A stretch of 24,563 nt of DNA, taken from Patescibacteria group bacterium (GTDB taxonomy: Bacteria; Patescibacteriota; Patescibacteriia; Buchananbacterales; UBA6539). The stretch is taken from assembly GCA_035289505.1 (NCBI GenBank), contig DATDWV010000062.1:1-24563 (forward strand). Reading direction: 5' to 3'. Positions 8,949-17,843 of the stretch are shown here, one piece after another. The notes beneath the pieces are model-generated. The model did not search any database. It was given only the letters and a program-made list of their open reading frames with translations, and was not told the DNA's origin. The position numbers were made by a program, and so were the translations under genes. Positions within the stretch are counted from its first letter, which is position 1, and each line of letters opens with the position of its first letter.

Positions 8949-9857
8949 ATGAGTTTTAATAATTTTAGAGCAGAATTTTATAATTTTAAAAAAGCCGCCT
9001 TTGAATATCACCGGCCTTGGCCATATTTTTATTTGCGTTATTTTGTCGCGAGAAAAATTTTTAATTTAAAAAAAGAATTTAAAAATAATTTAGAATCAAA
9101 CAATTTATCGATTCATCTGTTGACTTGTCATCGCGATTTAAATTTATTAGTTTGGTCTTTGGCGAGTTTTTTTATCAATGCCAAAATTAGTGGTGAACTT
9201 TTTATTCATAATGACGGCACGCTCAGTCAAAAGGATTGTCAAATTATTAAAAAATTTTTTCCGCAAATAATTATCGTCACGTCAAAGGAATGCGAAAAAA
9301 AAATAGAAGAAAAGGCTTCGGATTTTTCCGAATCAAAAAATTTAAGAAAAAATTTTTTACTGCTTAAAAAATTAGTTGATCCTTATTTTTTTTCTTCAAA
9401 AGATAAAATTTTAATTATTGACAGCGATTTAATTTGGTTTCAAAGGCCAGAGGATTTAATCAGTCAAATTAAACAGGATAATCCCGATTCTCTAATGATG
9501 CACAGCGTTCAAGGCGGCGGCTGTCCGGTTTATTTTTCCAATGGTGAAAAGCTAGCAAAAGATTTGTCATTTTATAATTCCGGAATTGTTTTTTACCAAA
9601 AAGAAAATTTTGATTTAGCGCGGTTAAAAAATTATTTGTCTAAAATTGATCAAAAAGTTCATGCTAACAAGCATTTTATTGAGCAAGCCGGTTATGCTTA
9701 TTGTTTAAACAAATTAAAGCCTTTGCCCGAAGATTTTTATCAAATTAAAGGCAGTTTGAATAATCAAACCAAAGTCAAGCATTACACCAGCCCGCGCCGA
9801 TTTTTATTTTATCTTGAAGGCATTAATTATCTGAAAGATAAAATTTTAAAATCATGA
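8949..9857 (+). CDS. Putative GT-A-fold glycosyltransferase (GT8-like motifs), family unassigned
   Basis: DxD motif in LIIDSDLIWF, then NSGIVF, FIEQAG and KHY, in an order resembling GT8 (DxD...NSG...DQ...H); lies among glycosyltransferase genes. Confidence 0.55.
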   Translation: MSFNNFRAEFYNFKKAAFEYHRPWPYFYLRYFVARKIFNLKKEFKNNLESNNLSIHLLTCHRDLNLLVWSLASFFINAKISGELFIHNDGTLSQKDCQIIKKFFPQIIIVTSKECEKKIEEKASDFSESKNLRKNFLLLKKLVDPYFFSSKDKILIIDSDLIWFQRPEDLISQIKQDNPDSLMMHSVQGGGCPVYFSNGEKLAKDLSFYNSGIVFYQKENFDLARLKNYLSKIDQKVHANKHFIEQAGYAYCLNKLKPLPEDFYQIKGSLNNQTKVKHYTSPRRFLFYLEGINYLKDKILKS

Positions 9858-10909
9858 AAGTTTGTTATTTCGGTTTTTACAGTCAAAATTACAGCCGCAA
9901 TAAAATTTTAATCAGCGGCTTAAAGAAAAACCAGGTGGAAGTGTTTGAGTGTCAAAGCGGCCTTTCGGGCATAGCCAAATATTTTGATTTAATAAAAAAA
10001 CACCGCCAGATAAAAAATCAATATGACGCGATGGTTGTTGGTTTTCCCGGCCAGCAGGCGATGTTTTTAGCCAAAATTTTATGTCGAAAACCCATTATCT
10101 TTGACGCTTTTTTGTCATTTTACGATTCAATGGTCTTTGATCGCAAGACTTGCTCGCCAAAAAGCTTAAAAGCAAAATATTATTGGTGGCTTGATTATTT
10201 TTCTTGTCGACTGGCGCATAAAATTTTATTAGATACCAATGAACACATCAATTATTTCGCTGAAACTTTTAAAATTAAAAAAGAAAAATTTAGTCGGATT
10301 TTTATCGGCGCGGATGACGCGATTTTTAAACCTATCGCTGGCATCAAAAAAATTGAACCATTTTTAATCCATTGGCACGGCACTTATATTCCTTTGCAGG
10401 GAGTGGAATATATTATCGGCGCGGCTGATATTTTACGAAAGGAAAATATTAAATTTAGACTTATTGGTAGCGGTCAACTTTTTAAGCAAATTCAAAAACA
10501 AGTAATTGACTTAGGCTTAAATGACGTGGTAGAATTAATTGAATTTTTGCCGGCGGAAAAGCTTCCTCAATTGATTGAAGTGGCGGATATTTGTCTGGGA
10601 ATTTTTGGCGCGACGCCAAAGGCCAGGCGGGTGATTCCCAACAAAGTGTATGAATGTTTAGCCATGGCAAAACCGGTTGTTACCGCCGATAGTCCGGCCA
10701 GCCGTGAAGTTTTAATTGATTATCAGCATGTTTTATTTTGTCGGTTGGCTGACGCGAAAAGTTTGGCGGAAAAAATTTTAGAAATAAAAAATAATTTTGA
10801 CTTAAGAAAAAAACTTGGACAAAATGGTTACGAATTTTATCAACAGAATTTTTGTCCGGCAATTTTAGGCCAAGAATTAAAAACAATAATTTTGCAAATT
10901 AATCATTAA
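9854..10909 (+). CDS. Glycosyltransferase family 4 (GT-B)
   Basis: WHGTYIPLQGVEYI; GIFGATPKARRVIPNKVYECLAMAKPVVTADS; ATGA overlap with the upstream gene. Confidence 0.88.
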   Translation: MKVCYFGFYSQNYSRNKILISGLKKNQVEVFECQSGLSGIAKYFDLIKKHRQIKNQYDAMVVGFPGQQAMFLAKILCRKPIIFDAFLSFYDSMVFDRKTCSPKSLKAKYYWWLDYFSCRLAHKILLDTNEHINYFAETFKIKKEKFSRIFIGADDAIFKPIAGIKKIEPFLIHWHGTYIPLQGVEYIIGAADILRKENIKFRLIGSGQLFKQIQKQVIDLGLNDVVELIEFLPAEKLPQLIEVADICLGIFGATPKARRVIPNKVYECLAMAKPVVTADSPASREVLIDYQHVLFCRLADAKSLAEKILEIKNNFDLRKKLGQNGYEFYQQNFCPAILGQELKTIILQINH

Positions 10910-10913
10910 TTTT

Positions 10914-11906
10914 ATGGATAAAATCTTAGTCACTGGCGGCGCGGGGTTTATCGGTTCGCATGTCACCGATGAATTGATCAAATTAGGCGTTGGAGTCGTG
11001 GTTTTAGACGATTTAAGCGGCGGTTTTAGAGAAAACATAAATCCTCAAGCAAAATTTATTGAAGGCAGCATTAATGATCAGAGTTTAATTGACAAAATAT
11101 TTAAGGAAGAAAAATTTGATTATGTTTTTCATTTAGCCGCTTACGCCGCCGAAGGCTTAAGTCAATTTATCAAACATTTCAATTATGAAAACAATTTGAT
11201 TGGCACGGTTAATTTGATTAACGCTTCAGTCAATAATAACGTGAAATGTTTTGTTTTTACTTCTTCCATTGCCGTTTATGGCGCCGGCCAATTGCCAATG
11301 GCCGAAATAATGAAGCTGGAACCCGAAGATTCATACGGTATCGCCAAATACGCGGTTGAACTTGACTTAAAGGCCAGCCATAAATTGTTTGGTTTGAATT
11401 ACATTATTTTTCGGCCGCATAATGTTTTTGGCGAAAAACAAAATATCGGCGATAAATACCGCAATGTCGTTGGGATATTTATGAATCAAATAATGCAGAA
11501 TCAGCCGATTACGATTTTTGGCGACGGTGAGCAAAAGCGCGCTTTTAGCTATATCGGTGATATCGCGCCAGTGATTGCCCAATCAATTTATAATCAAAAA
11601 GTCTATAATCAAATTTTTAACATTGGCGGCGATGAAATTATCACGGTTAATCAATTGACGGATTTAGTTTTTTCGGCCATGGGTCGGAAAACTGATATTA
11701 ATTATCTGCCGGCGCGGCAAGAAGTAAAATTCGCTTATTCGGATCACGCCAAAGTCAAAGAATTGTTGGGCTATGAAAATAAAATTAAAATTGTCGAGGG
11801 TTTAAAGAAAATGGCCAATTGGGCAAAAGAAGTCGGAGCAAAAAAAAGCAAGGATTTTTCTCAAATTGAGATTACCAAAAATTTGCCGTCAAGCTGGCAG
11901 AAATAA
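10914..11906 (+). CDS. NAD-dependent nucleotide-sugar epimerase/dehydratase (extended SDR, UDP-glucose 4-epimerase-like)
   Basis: TGGAGFIGSH; DDLSGG; HLAAYAAEG; TSSIAVYG; YGIAK (YxxxK); RPHNVFG; IFGDGEQKRAFSYI. Confidence 0.9.
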   Translation: MDKILVTGGAGFIGSHVTDELIKLGVGVVVLDDLSGGFRENINPQAKFIEGSINDQSLIDKIFKEEKFDYVFHLAAYAAEGLSQFIKHFNYENNLIGTVNLINASVNNNVKCFVFTSSIAVYGAGQLPMAEIMKLEPEDSYGIAKYAVELDLKASHKLFGLNYIIFRPHNVFGEKQNIGDKYRNVVGIFMNQIMQNQPITIFGDGEQKRAFSYIGDIAPVIAQSIYNQKVYNQIFNIGGDEIITVNQLTDLVFSAMGRKTDINYLPARQEVKFAYSDHAKVKELLGYENKIKIVEGLKKMANWAKEVGAKKSKDFSQIEITKNLPSSWQK

Positions 11907-11909
11907 TTT

Positions 11910-13076
11910 ATGAAGATTTCGTATTTTGCCAATATCCGTTTGCCCACCGAAAAAGCCCATGGCCGCCAAATTATGAAAATGGCGGAAAGTTTGGCTCAGG
12001 CCGGCGATGAATTGGAGTTAATCATTCCCAGTCGGCAAAATCCGAATTTTCAAAACACTAATCCTTTTCGCTATTATCAAATTAAAGAAACTTTTAAAAT
12101 TAAAAAAATAAATTGTTTTGACCCGGTTTTTCTTTTTGGTTTTCCCGCTGGTTTATATATCAAATTTCAAACTATTTTTTTTATTTTAAGTTTGACGGTT
12201 TATTTACTAATTAATCGAAGCAGACAAGATACCTTTTTTTACACCCGCGACGAGGCTTTATTACCCTTACTTTCAATTTTTTCCAAAAAAATCGTCTGGG
12301 AAGCGCATGCTTTGCCGAAAAAAATAAAATTTTTAAAGCCTTTTTTAAAGCGGGCGGCAAAATTTATCGTTTTAACCCAAAGTATTAAAAAAAATTTAAT
12401 CAGCTTGGGTTTAGCGGAAGAAAAAATTTTAGTTTCGCCTGATGCGGTTGATTTGGAAATTTTTGGCATTAGTCTAGACAAATCTCAAGCCAGAGAACAA
12501 TGGCAATTACCCCAAGATAAAATTATTTTAGGCTATACCGGCACGATTAAAACCAAGGGCATGGATAAAGGTTTAATTGATATTTTTCAGGCTTTAAAAA
12601 TTTTAAGCCAAAAAAGAAATGACTTAATTTTTATCGCCCTGGGCGGATTAGAAAGTGAAATCAGCGAATATCAAAAATTAGCGGAAAATTTTGGCGTGGC
12701 GGATTTTGTGAAATTACTTTCGCCGGTTGAGCAGAATAAATTAGCGGTTTTTCAGCAAGCCTGCGATATTTTACTGATGCCTTTTCCAAAAACCACGCAT
12801 TTTTCTTTTTACATGTCGCCTTTAAAAATGTTTGAATATTTGTCTTCGGGCCGGCCGATTATTGCCACTAATTTGCCAAGTATCAAAGAAATATTGGATA
12901 ATACTAATGCGATTTTGATTAAACCTGGTGATTTTCAAGATTTAGCAGAAAAAATTGAATTATTATTAAATAACCCCTCATTAGCCAATGATTTGGCACA
13001 AAAGGCAAAAACCATTTCATTGAATTACAGTTGGCAGAAAAGAGGAGAAAAAATTTATCAATTCTTATGTGGTTAG
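11910..13076 (+). CDS. Glycosyltransferase family 4 (GT-B)
   Basis: RLPTEKAHGRQIMKM; GYTGT; SPLKMFEYLSSGRPIIATNLPSIKE. Confidence 0.88.
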   Translation: MKISYFANIRLPTEKAHGRQIMKMAESLAQAGDELELIIPSRQNPNFQNTNPFRYYQIKETFKIKKINCFDPVFLFGFPAGLYIKFQTIFFILSLTVYLLINRSRQDTFFYTRDEALLPLLSIFSKKIVWEAHALPKKIKFLKPFLKRAAKFIVLTQSIKKNLISLGLAEEKILVSPDAVDLEIFGISLDKSQAREQWQLPQDKIILGYTGTIKTKGMDKGLIDIFQALKILSQKRNDLIFIALGGLESEISEYQKLAENFGVADFVKLLSPVEQNKLAVFQQACDILLMPFPKTTHFSFYMSPLKMFEYLSSGRPIIATNLPSIKEILDNTNAILIKPGDFQDLAEKIELLLNNPSLANDLAQKAKTISLNYSWQKRGEKIYQFLCG

Positions 13077-15934
13077 AAAAATTATTTTTAAAAATTAAAT
13101 TTCGGCTGGTTCAGCGCCATCGCTTGATTTTAATTATCATTTTATTTTTGATTTTAATTTTTTTCGCCGGCGTACCGCTGCTTTCATCAGAGTTAGGCAG
13201 TGCGGAGAAACGCGCTCAATGGCTTCGATCTTATCCCGTTTTAACTAAAATCATTCCTTTATATTGGGAAATAAGAAAAATTACTGATATTGTTTATTTG
13301 CCTTATTTTTTCAAAAAAGATCAAGTGCCGACCTATGAACTAATTATTCCATCTGATTCCAGAAAGAAAATGGACGACAGCCTGCCTAAAGGTTTTTCCA
13401 ATGTTATTTATACTAACAAAACATGGGCGCCGGCTGAATTTAAGTTTAACGGCAAAACTTATAATATTGAGGTTAGATATCGCGGACAAAATGCTGTTCA
13501 TTGGAATGCGCCAAAAAAATCATATCTGATAAAATTTGACAAAGACGATTTATTTAACGGTGCGAGGGAATTAAGTTTTATTATTGCTGATGATCGGTTT
13601 TTTGTCTTAGAAGAACTAAATAATTATCGGGCTGACAAATTAAGCCTTTTGCGCCCCAAAAGTGGTTATGCCAATTTGAAAATTAACGGCAAAAATAACG
13701 GTTTATATTTCACCATTGAAGGCTGGGCTGAAGAGATGCTGGCCAAATGGGAAGTTCCTGATCAGACCAATTTTTATGAGTTAGCCGAGCAAAATACAGA
13801 TAGTTTGGTAGCGGCTGATTATACCATTTGGGATAATCTTGACCGATGGGACCAGCTGGTGCGAGATCAGCGTTTTAATTACGGTCATTTTACGGAAATT
13901 TTTAAACTCCTTAGTTTGCTGAATCATGCGACGGACGAGGAATTTTACCAATCAATTTTTAGTTTAATTGATAAAGATAATTTTTATGCCTGGCAAATTC
14001 ATCAGGAATTGATTCACTCCAACCATCAAAATAATGACGTTAAATTATTATTTGACAATACGTCGGGAAAATTCTTTTTTGTCCCTTGGGACGTAGGTAA
14101 TACAAATCCTAGCAGTGAAATTGAGCTGTATAGCCGTTTGGCCAAGAGAATATTCACTAATCCGGTTTATTGGCATGAAAAAGATAAAATATTATATGAC
14201 TATGCCAATAACAAGGATAATTTAAAGGATGATTTGGATTTTTATGATAAAACCTATAATTTGATTAAGCCGTCGCTTTATAAAGATCGGATGAAAATTT
14301 ATACCAATCGTTGGGCCGATTCATTGATCATTAGCCGCCGCCAGGCTCTGATTGATGCTTTTGATAAAATCAAAGATCGCTACAAAAATAATTTAGCCTT
14401 TATTGACGTAGGAATAATTGATGATAACGCTAAAAAATTTGGCTTGAACAGCATCTTGGCTTTTATTGACGTTAATACCAAAAGTTACAGCGCTTTATGG
14501 TTAAAGGCCGTGGAAGCAGAGCTGGCTAACGGTCAAGCTCTGTCAGATTATAAGTTGTATTACGATGCTAATTCTAACCAAGAGCTTGATAATAATGATA
14601 AATTAGTAAAAGATTACAAAGATATTATTCTTTACACTCATAGAACCTTTGATTCAACGACGGAGGGCGGAAAATTGGAGTTAACCAAATATCGGTTTTA
14701 TCTAGTTAGCGATAAAATCAGCAGTGAAGATTTTTCTGACCAATTAAATGATTTCAAGGTCAATTTACAAAATGGTATTACCGGTGACGACATTAAAAAA
14801 AAGGAAATTAACATCAAAATAATCAACCAAGCGGTTTTTAAATATTTTGATAATATTTCTGATCTTAGCGGATTTGAGCGAGAAAATCCTTTTTTCGTGG
14901 TTGATCGACAGGCTAAAAGAATAGTTTTACCGCCCGGGACATATCAATTCAACAAAAATGTAATAGTACCAAAAGGTTTTACTTTAGATATAAACCCGGG
15001 CGTCACCATTTTAATGGCGCCAAGCGTATCAATTGTTAGCTACAGCAAGGTAATTGCCCAAGGTACGGCGGCCGCACCAATTAATATTTTTCCTCAAATT
15101 CCAAACCAGCCGTGGGGAACCTTTGGTGTTTTAAATACCGGCAACCAATTGAATATTTTTGAAAATTTTAATGTTGTTGGCGGCTCAGAAGCCTATGTTA
15201 ATGGCGTCTATATGTCGGGAATGGTTTCGGTCTATCATTCTGACATCAGCGTTAGAAATTCTCAATTTTCTAACGCCGCGGCTGACGATGGAATAAACGT
15301 CAAGTATGGCAAAGCTGCATTAACCAATAATCGGTTTATGAATAATTCAGCTGATGCTATTGATTACGATTTTATTAAGCAGGGACAGATTATCAGCAGT
15401 CAATTTATTAATAATGGCAATGATGGCGTTGATTTAAGCGGCTCGACTGTTTTGATCGCCAATAATCATTTTCAAAACTCCGGTGACAAATGCGTCAGCG
15501 TTGGCGAGAAGAGTTTAGAGACGGTAATTTACAACAATATTTTGGATGGTTGTAAAATTGGAGTAGAAATCAAAGATTTGTCTGACATATTGATTATCAA
15601 TAATGTGATAATTAATAATGAGATTGGGCTTAATGCCTATCAGAAAAAACCGGTCTTCGGCGGCGGTAAGGCCAAAATTTACAATAGTATCATTTGGGAT
15701 AATCAAAACGACGTTCAGACCGACCCACAGTCAGTTATTGCTATATTCAATAGTAATATCAACCGTGATGATTTGGATAATAATAATTTTAATACTCATC
15801 CTGAATTTGTTAATTTATCGGCCGGGGATTATCGGGTAGATTTGCCCCAGTACAAAAACGGCGGAGACAAGGGTGTTTTGGAGAAATATTTGGACCTGAA
15901 GCTTGATCAAGCGCCAGTTGGTTTAATAAAATAG
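13067..15934 (+). CDS. CotH-family kinase-like protein with an N-terminal membrane anchor and a C-terminal right-handed parallel beta-helix
   Basis: ATG 13067 is preferred over TTG 13031. Basic N-terminus plus LILIIILFLILIFFAGVPLL anchor. CotH motifs: VRYRG...KKSYLIKF, INGKNNGLYFTIE, FDNTSGKFFFVPWD. Beta-helix repeats (DDGINVK, ADAIDYD, NDGVDLSG, GDKCVSVGE, IIINNVIINNEIG) from ~14921. Confidence 0.82.
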   Translation: MWLEKLFLKIKFRLVQRHRLILIIILFLILIFFAGVPLLSSELGSAEKRAQWLRSYPVLTKIIPLYWEIRKITDIVYLPYFFKKDQVPTYELIIPSDSRKKMDDSLPKGFSNVIYTNKTWAPAEFKFNGKTYNIEVRYRGQNAVHWNAPKKSYLIKFDKDDLFNGARELSFIIADDRFFVLEELNNYRADKLSLLRPKSGYANLKINGKNNGLYFTIEGWAEEMLAKWEVPDQTNFYELAEQNTDSLVAADYTIWDNLDRWDQLVRDQRFNYGHFTEIFKLLSLLNHATDEEFYQSIFSLIDKDNFYAWQIHQELIHSNHQNNDVKLLFDNTSGKFFFVPWDVGNTNPSSEIELYSRLAKRIFTNPVYWHEKDKILYDYANNKDNLKDDLDFYDKTYNLIKPSLYKDRMKIYTNRWADSLIISRRQALIDAFDKIKDRYKNNLAFIDVGIIDDNAKKFGLNSILAFIDVNTKSYSALWLKAVEAELANGQALSDYKLYYDANSNQELDNNDKLVKDYKDIILYTHRTFDSTTEGGKLELTKYRFYLVSDKISSEDFSDQLNDFKVNLQNGITGDDIKKKEINIKIINQAVFKYFDNISDLSGFERENPFFVVDRQAKRIVLPPGTYQFNKNVIVPKGFTLDINPGVTILMAPSVSIVSYSKVIAQGTAAAPINIFPQIPNQPWGTFGVLNTGNQLNIFENFNVVGGSEAYVNGVYMSGMVSVYHSDISVRNSQFSNAAADDGINVKYGKAALTNNRFMNNSADAIDYDFIKQGQIISSQFINNGNDGVDLSGSTVLIANNHFQNSGDKCVSVGEKSLETVIYNNILDGCKIGVEIKDLSDILIINNVIINNEIGLNAYQKKPVFGGGKAKIYNSIIWDNQNDVQTDPQSVIAIFNSNINRDDLDNNNFNTHPEFVNLSAGDYRVDLPQYKNGGDKGVLEKYLDLKLDQAPVGLIK

Positions 15935-15937
15935 AAT

Positions 15938-17674
15938 ATGAATTTTAAGCGGTTTATAAAAAAAATAGATTATAAACTTTTTATTTATTCGGTGATATTT
16001 TTTATCGTATTGACTGTGGGGCTTTTATTCGTTTATCAGAATCGATTGACTTTGGTAAATAATAAAATTATTTACAATAAATACACAAGAGCTTTTTTGC
16101 CCGCTTATCATTTTATTAATCAGTTGATTTATAAATTACCTAATGTAGTATATTTGCCCCTGATGCGCAGTCATGTCGGCATTCCAGAATATAAAATTAT
16201 TATCGATCAAAAAAATTTAGAATTTTTAAATGACAACTTGCCTAAGCCGATATTTGTTGACGGGGTGCCGACTGGTTATGAAGAATTAGCCGATAAGTAC
16301 AAGCAGTCAGTTCCGGCCAAATTTGTTTACGAGGGAGAGGAGTATAATGTTCGCGTTGGTTACCGAGGGGATCATGAAAATCATTGGGCTTATGATGAAA
16401 AATCTTGGGAAGTAGAATTTGACAAAGACAAATTATTTAATGGAATTAAGGTGCTAAAACTAATTATTCCTTCAGGGAGAGATTATTTTTCTGAATATTT
16501 AAACAGCTATCGAGCTAAAAAATTTGGCTTAAAAATAACTGAGGCGAGTTTTGCTAAATTATCAGTCAACGATATCAGATACGGTGTGTATTATCAGTTT
16601 GAAGACTGGTCTAAGGAATTTTTAGAAAAAAATGAGCTACCCTCAGACGCTAATTTGTACGTGACCGATGACGCCGTGATTAATTTAGATGATTTAAATT
16701 CCGCGTATAACGATTCAGTATTTTGGAAAAAGAAAGCCGAAGATGCAACGTTTAATTTTGATAATTATAGCGAGATCAATTTTTTAATTAAAGCGATGGA
16801 CCAACCAAATTTTTCAGAAATTGTGCCTGACATTATTGATTTAGACAGCCTTTACTCTTGGCATACGCTTTCTATGTTAGCTGGCAGCCAGCATCAAACC
16901 GGTCGGGGGAATTCTCGTTTATACTTTAATAATACGAGCGGTAAGTTTGAGTTTATTCCCTGGGATATTAAGATAAATAATCTCACGGGTAGCCAAATAA
17001 TCGATAATCTTTTATTGACCAAAATTTTTAGCGATCCCGCTCGCCAGCTTGAACTCAATCAATTCCTTTGGCAGTATGTAAAAAATCCAGATAACCTGGC
17101 TGATGATTTAGCGGCCTATGATGAAAAATATAATCAATTAAAACCGGCTTTTTATCTTGATTGGAGAAAATTCCATAATAATTTTCGGTTTGACTCAGAG
17201 GTTAGAATTATTCGGAAGTTATACGAGGATAACTTTAATCATTTAGCGAATTTATTCAATCAAGACGCCTCAAAAGTTGAAGTCTTTTTTAATCCAAATA
17301 AATTGTTGTTGACCATTGATATAATGGTTGATAATTTTAGCGGTTTAAACGTGATCGGGATAATTTTGCCTCCAAAAACGCAAGGTCAGATTGAACTTTT
17401 TTATGATTCAGATCAAAATGGCGTTTTGTCAACTGCCGACAATGCATTAGCCGGGAAATTTGCTACTGCCGGAAATACTCAGGAGTTATCGGATTTTAGC
17501 CAATCCATTTATAGTCAAAGACAATACGATCCAGACGGCAAAATTAGCCGTTTGGTTCCTACGCGCCATTCTTTTTTTATTAAGTTTAATCGGCAACAAG
17601 CGGCAGACTTTGATCTTAATAAGTTAAAAGTTCAATTAAATAATGCAATCACCGGAAAATCATTAAATTATTAG
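15938..17674 (+). CDS. CotH-family kinase-like protein with an N-terminal membrane anchor (paralog of the upstream gene, no beta-helix)
   Basis: MNFKRFIKK plus LFIYSVIFFIVLTVGLLFV anchor. Motifs: VGYRG...EKSWEVEF, VNDIRYGVYYQFE, RLYFNNTSGKFEFIPWD. Confidence 0.82.
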   Translation: MNFKRFIKKIDYKLFIYSVIFFIVLTVGLLFVYQNRLTLVNNKIIYNKYTRAFLPAYHFINQLIYKLPNVVYLPLMRSHVGIPEYKIIIDQKNLEFLNDNLPKPIFVDGVPTGYEELADKYKQSVPAKFVYEGEEYNVRVGYRGDHENHWAYDEKSWEVEFDKDKLFNGIKVLKLIIPSGRDYFSEYLNSYRAKKFGLKITEASFAKLSVNDIRYGVYYQFEDWSKEFLEKNELPSDANLYVTDDAVINLDDLNSAYNDSVFWKKKAEDATFNFDNYSEINFLIKAMDQPNFSEIVPDIIDLDSLYSWHTLSMLAGSQHQTGRGNSRLYFNNTSGKFEFIPWDIKINNLTGSQIIDNLLLTKIFSDPARQLELNQFLWQYVKNPDNLADDLAAYDEKYNQLKPAFYLDWRKFHNNFRFDSEVRIIRKLYEDNFNHLANLFNQDASKVEVFFNPNKLLLTIDIMVDNFSGLNVIGIILPPKTQGQIELFYDSDQNGVLSTADNALAGKFATAGNTQELSDFSQSIYSQRQYDPDGKISRLVPTRHSFFIKFNRQQAADFDLNKLKVQLNNAITGKSLNY

Positions 17675-17721
17675 AGGGATTACTCGGTTTCATTTTCAGC
17701 TTATTATCTTTTTTATAAGAC

Positions 17722-17750
17722 TTTACAATTATTCCGTTAAATGGTAATCT
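17722..17750 (+). promoter_or_regulatory. Candidate sigma70-type promoter for the VTC-DUF4956-deacetylase-GNAT block
   Basis: TTTACA (17722-17727), 17-bp spacer, TAATCT (17745-17750) preceded by TG-n (extended -10), in the first of only two long intergenic gaps in the window. Confidence 0.4.
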
Positions 17751-17799
17751 ATATCCATTAAAATCCGGCTATTGATTTTATTATCAATTTTAATTATTA

Positions 17800-17843
17800 A
17801 TATTAATCTATTAATTTAGATTAAGCCCAGTTTAGATTAATAT
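17800..17843. repeat. Three copies of TAGATTAA (one inverted, two direct) immediately upstream of and overlapping the VTC start codon
   Basis: ATATTAATCTA (17800-17810) is the reverse complement of TAGATTAATAT (17833-17843). Its inner 8 nt also pair with TAGATTAA at 17817-17824. TTTAGATTAA is directly repeated at 17815 and 17831. Confidence 0.7.

Noticed and set aside
10604-10624. Hairpin TTTGGCG-CGA-CGCCAAA and a GCCAAAGGC core like hairpin 1 of the 1290 element
   Set aside because: It falls in the apparently conserved FGATPKARRVIPNK motif; no sign of an insertion.
13041-13047. AGAGGAG as a Shine-Dalgarno site for CotH-1
   Set aside because: It lies about 19 nt from ATG 13067 and downstream of TTG 13031, and is part of the upstream gene's coding sequence (KRGE).
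13067-17674. Impression of different codon usage (more ATA/GTA) suggesting horizontal acquisition of the CotH genes
   Set aside because: Some GT4 genes show similar codons, so this cannot be supported by eye. It needs per-gene codon/tetranucleotide statistics; no flanking repeats, integrase or tRNA were seen.
17675-17740. 21 sense codons (RDYSVSFSAYYLFYKTLQLFR) after the CotH-2 TAG, possibly a premature stop or readthrough
   Set aside because: No convincing similarity to the equivalent CotH-1 segment, and the region overlaps the candidate promoter; other genes end normally at TAG.
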